From assembly GCA_977017645.1 (NCBI GenBank), contig OZ360220.1, forward strand, positions 151,900,001 to 151,964,000: a DNA stretch of 64,000 bases, in the 5' to 3' direction. Origin of the DNA: Torpedo marmorata. Its lineage: Eukaryota. The position numbers were made by a program, and so were the translations under genes. Every line of letters begins with the position of its first letter. Position 1 is the stretch's first letter. This document shows positions 62,801 to 64,000 of the stretch, piece after piece. The notes beneath the pieces are model-generated. The model made no database searches. It saw nothing but the letters and a program-made list of their open reading frames with translations, and was not told the DNA's origin.

Positions 62801-64000
62801 CATTCTGTACTGTGGGGCTAATGAATAAGTTTAATCTTCAAGGAAGGAGTACAAAAATTCTTTTGAGAACTATAGGTCAAGTTAAACACATTGAAACCAA
62901 TGTTGGTTTGGGCCTAGAGATCGCTGGGTTGGATAGTAACGATTTTTGTGAACTCCCAGGCATATACACTCAGAAAATTATGCCTGTGCATAAAGGAAAC
63001 ATCCCACATCAAAACGACTTTGAACCGTGGACGCATTTGAAGAATGTTTGTTTACGCGAAATCAACTCTGAGATTGAGTTGCTGATTGGTTCATATGTAC
63101 CAAAAGCTCTGGAACCACTAGATATGATAAGGAGTTTGGGAGATGGACCTTACGCTGTCAAAACTATGCTTGGTTGGACGATTAATGGACCATTAGGAGA
63201 AAGAAAAGAGGTTCAAAATCAATCGGCTATAAGTGTCAACAAGATATCGATTGTTAAGCTTGATAAGCTGTGGGAGCAGCAGTTCAAGATTGACGTTCCT
63301 GAGTGTATCAGGAACGACCAAGAACCTTCAAAGGAAGACCAGCAGTTCTTGGAATTGGTGTCAAAATCTGCCAAGCTAGTTAATGATCATTATTGCATTG
63401 GATTACCTTTAAAGAAAAGGGAATTATGCATACCTGATAATAGAAGCGTTGTCGAACAACGCACACTGAATTTAAAGAAAAGATTCAAGAAAGATTCTTC
63501 CTTTCATTCAGACTACACCAAATGCGTGTCTGATATGATATCGAAAGGATATGCAGAGAAAGTACCAGATAATATTTTGGAACGTAGTGATGGCAAAAAA
63601 TGGTACTTACCACACCATGGGGTTTTGCATCCACAGAAGGAAAAACTTTGTGCGGTATTTGATTGTGGAGCAACCTTTCGGGGAGTTTCACTAAATTCTC
63701 AACTCTTACAGGGTCCTGATTTGACCAGTACGTTGATAGGAGTCTTAACTAGATTCCATAAAGAACCTGTCGTCATTACTGCAGACATTGAAGCAATGTT
63801 CCATCAGGTGAAAGTACCAAATGAAGACCATGACTTGTTACGATTCCTTTGGTGGCCTGATGGAGACTACAGTCAGAACATGGTAGAATACAGAATGACA
63901 GGGCATCTATTTGGAGCGACTTCATCACCAAGTTGTGCGAATTTTGCCCTTAGGAAGTGTACTGAGGACAATTTGGAACAATTTAGTTCTCAAGCTATAA
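59845..64000 (+). mobile_element. BEL/Pao LTR retrotransposon, defective, runs off the window end
   Basis: Gag IPVFDGDPLQF..DCLYYLQQFT; three zinc knuckles (one degenerate; CFGCLCKGHISKSC, CDICSQKHPKMLH); protease DSGS; Pao RT WYLPHHGV..LLQGPDL..ADIEAMF..LRFLWW..HLFGATSSP. 5' LTR tentatively 59845-60252. Confidence 0.92.

Overview
Vertebrate genomic DNA, most likely a cartilaginous fish (ray or shark) judging from the repeat repertoire: V-SINEs, DeuSINE, CR1, Rex/Babar and Penelope families. The only host gene I can support is the 5' end of an LMX1B-type LIM-homeodomain gene on the minus strand. Its coding exon 1 is 7840-7909 and its 187-bp LIM-A exon is 7190-7376; I found no later exons, so they presumably lie left of the window. 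The gene sits in a roughly 25-kb CpG-rich, transposon-poor domain (about 3.4-28 kb) with a promoter, candidate enhancers, a 33-bp VNTR and small inverted Penelope remnants. From about 28 kb the sequence is CpG-depleted and transposon-dense: an RT-deleted Gmr1-type Gypsy element, two solo LTRs, a truncated BEL/Pao element, a Penelope GIY-YIG fragment with a hammerhead motif, LINEs, SINEs and MITEs. The most notable observation is that the 23-residue N-terminal extension of LMX1B is conserved in frame, but its start codon is ATT (7978) in a strong Kozak context, suggesting non-AUG initiation. All family and homology calls come from recognising sequence by eye and from memory; no searches were run.
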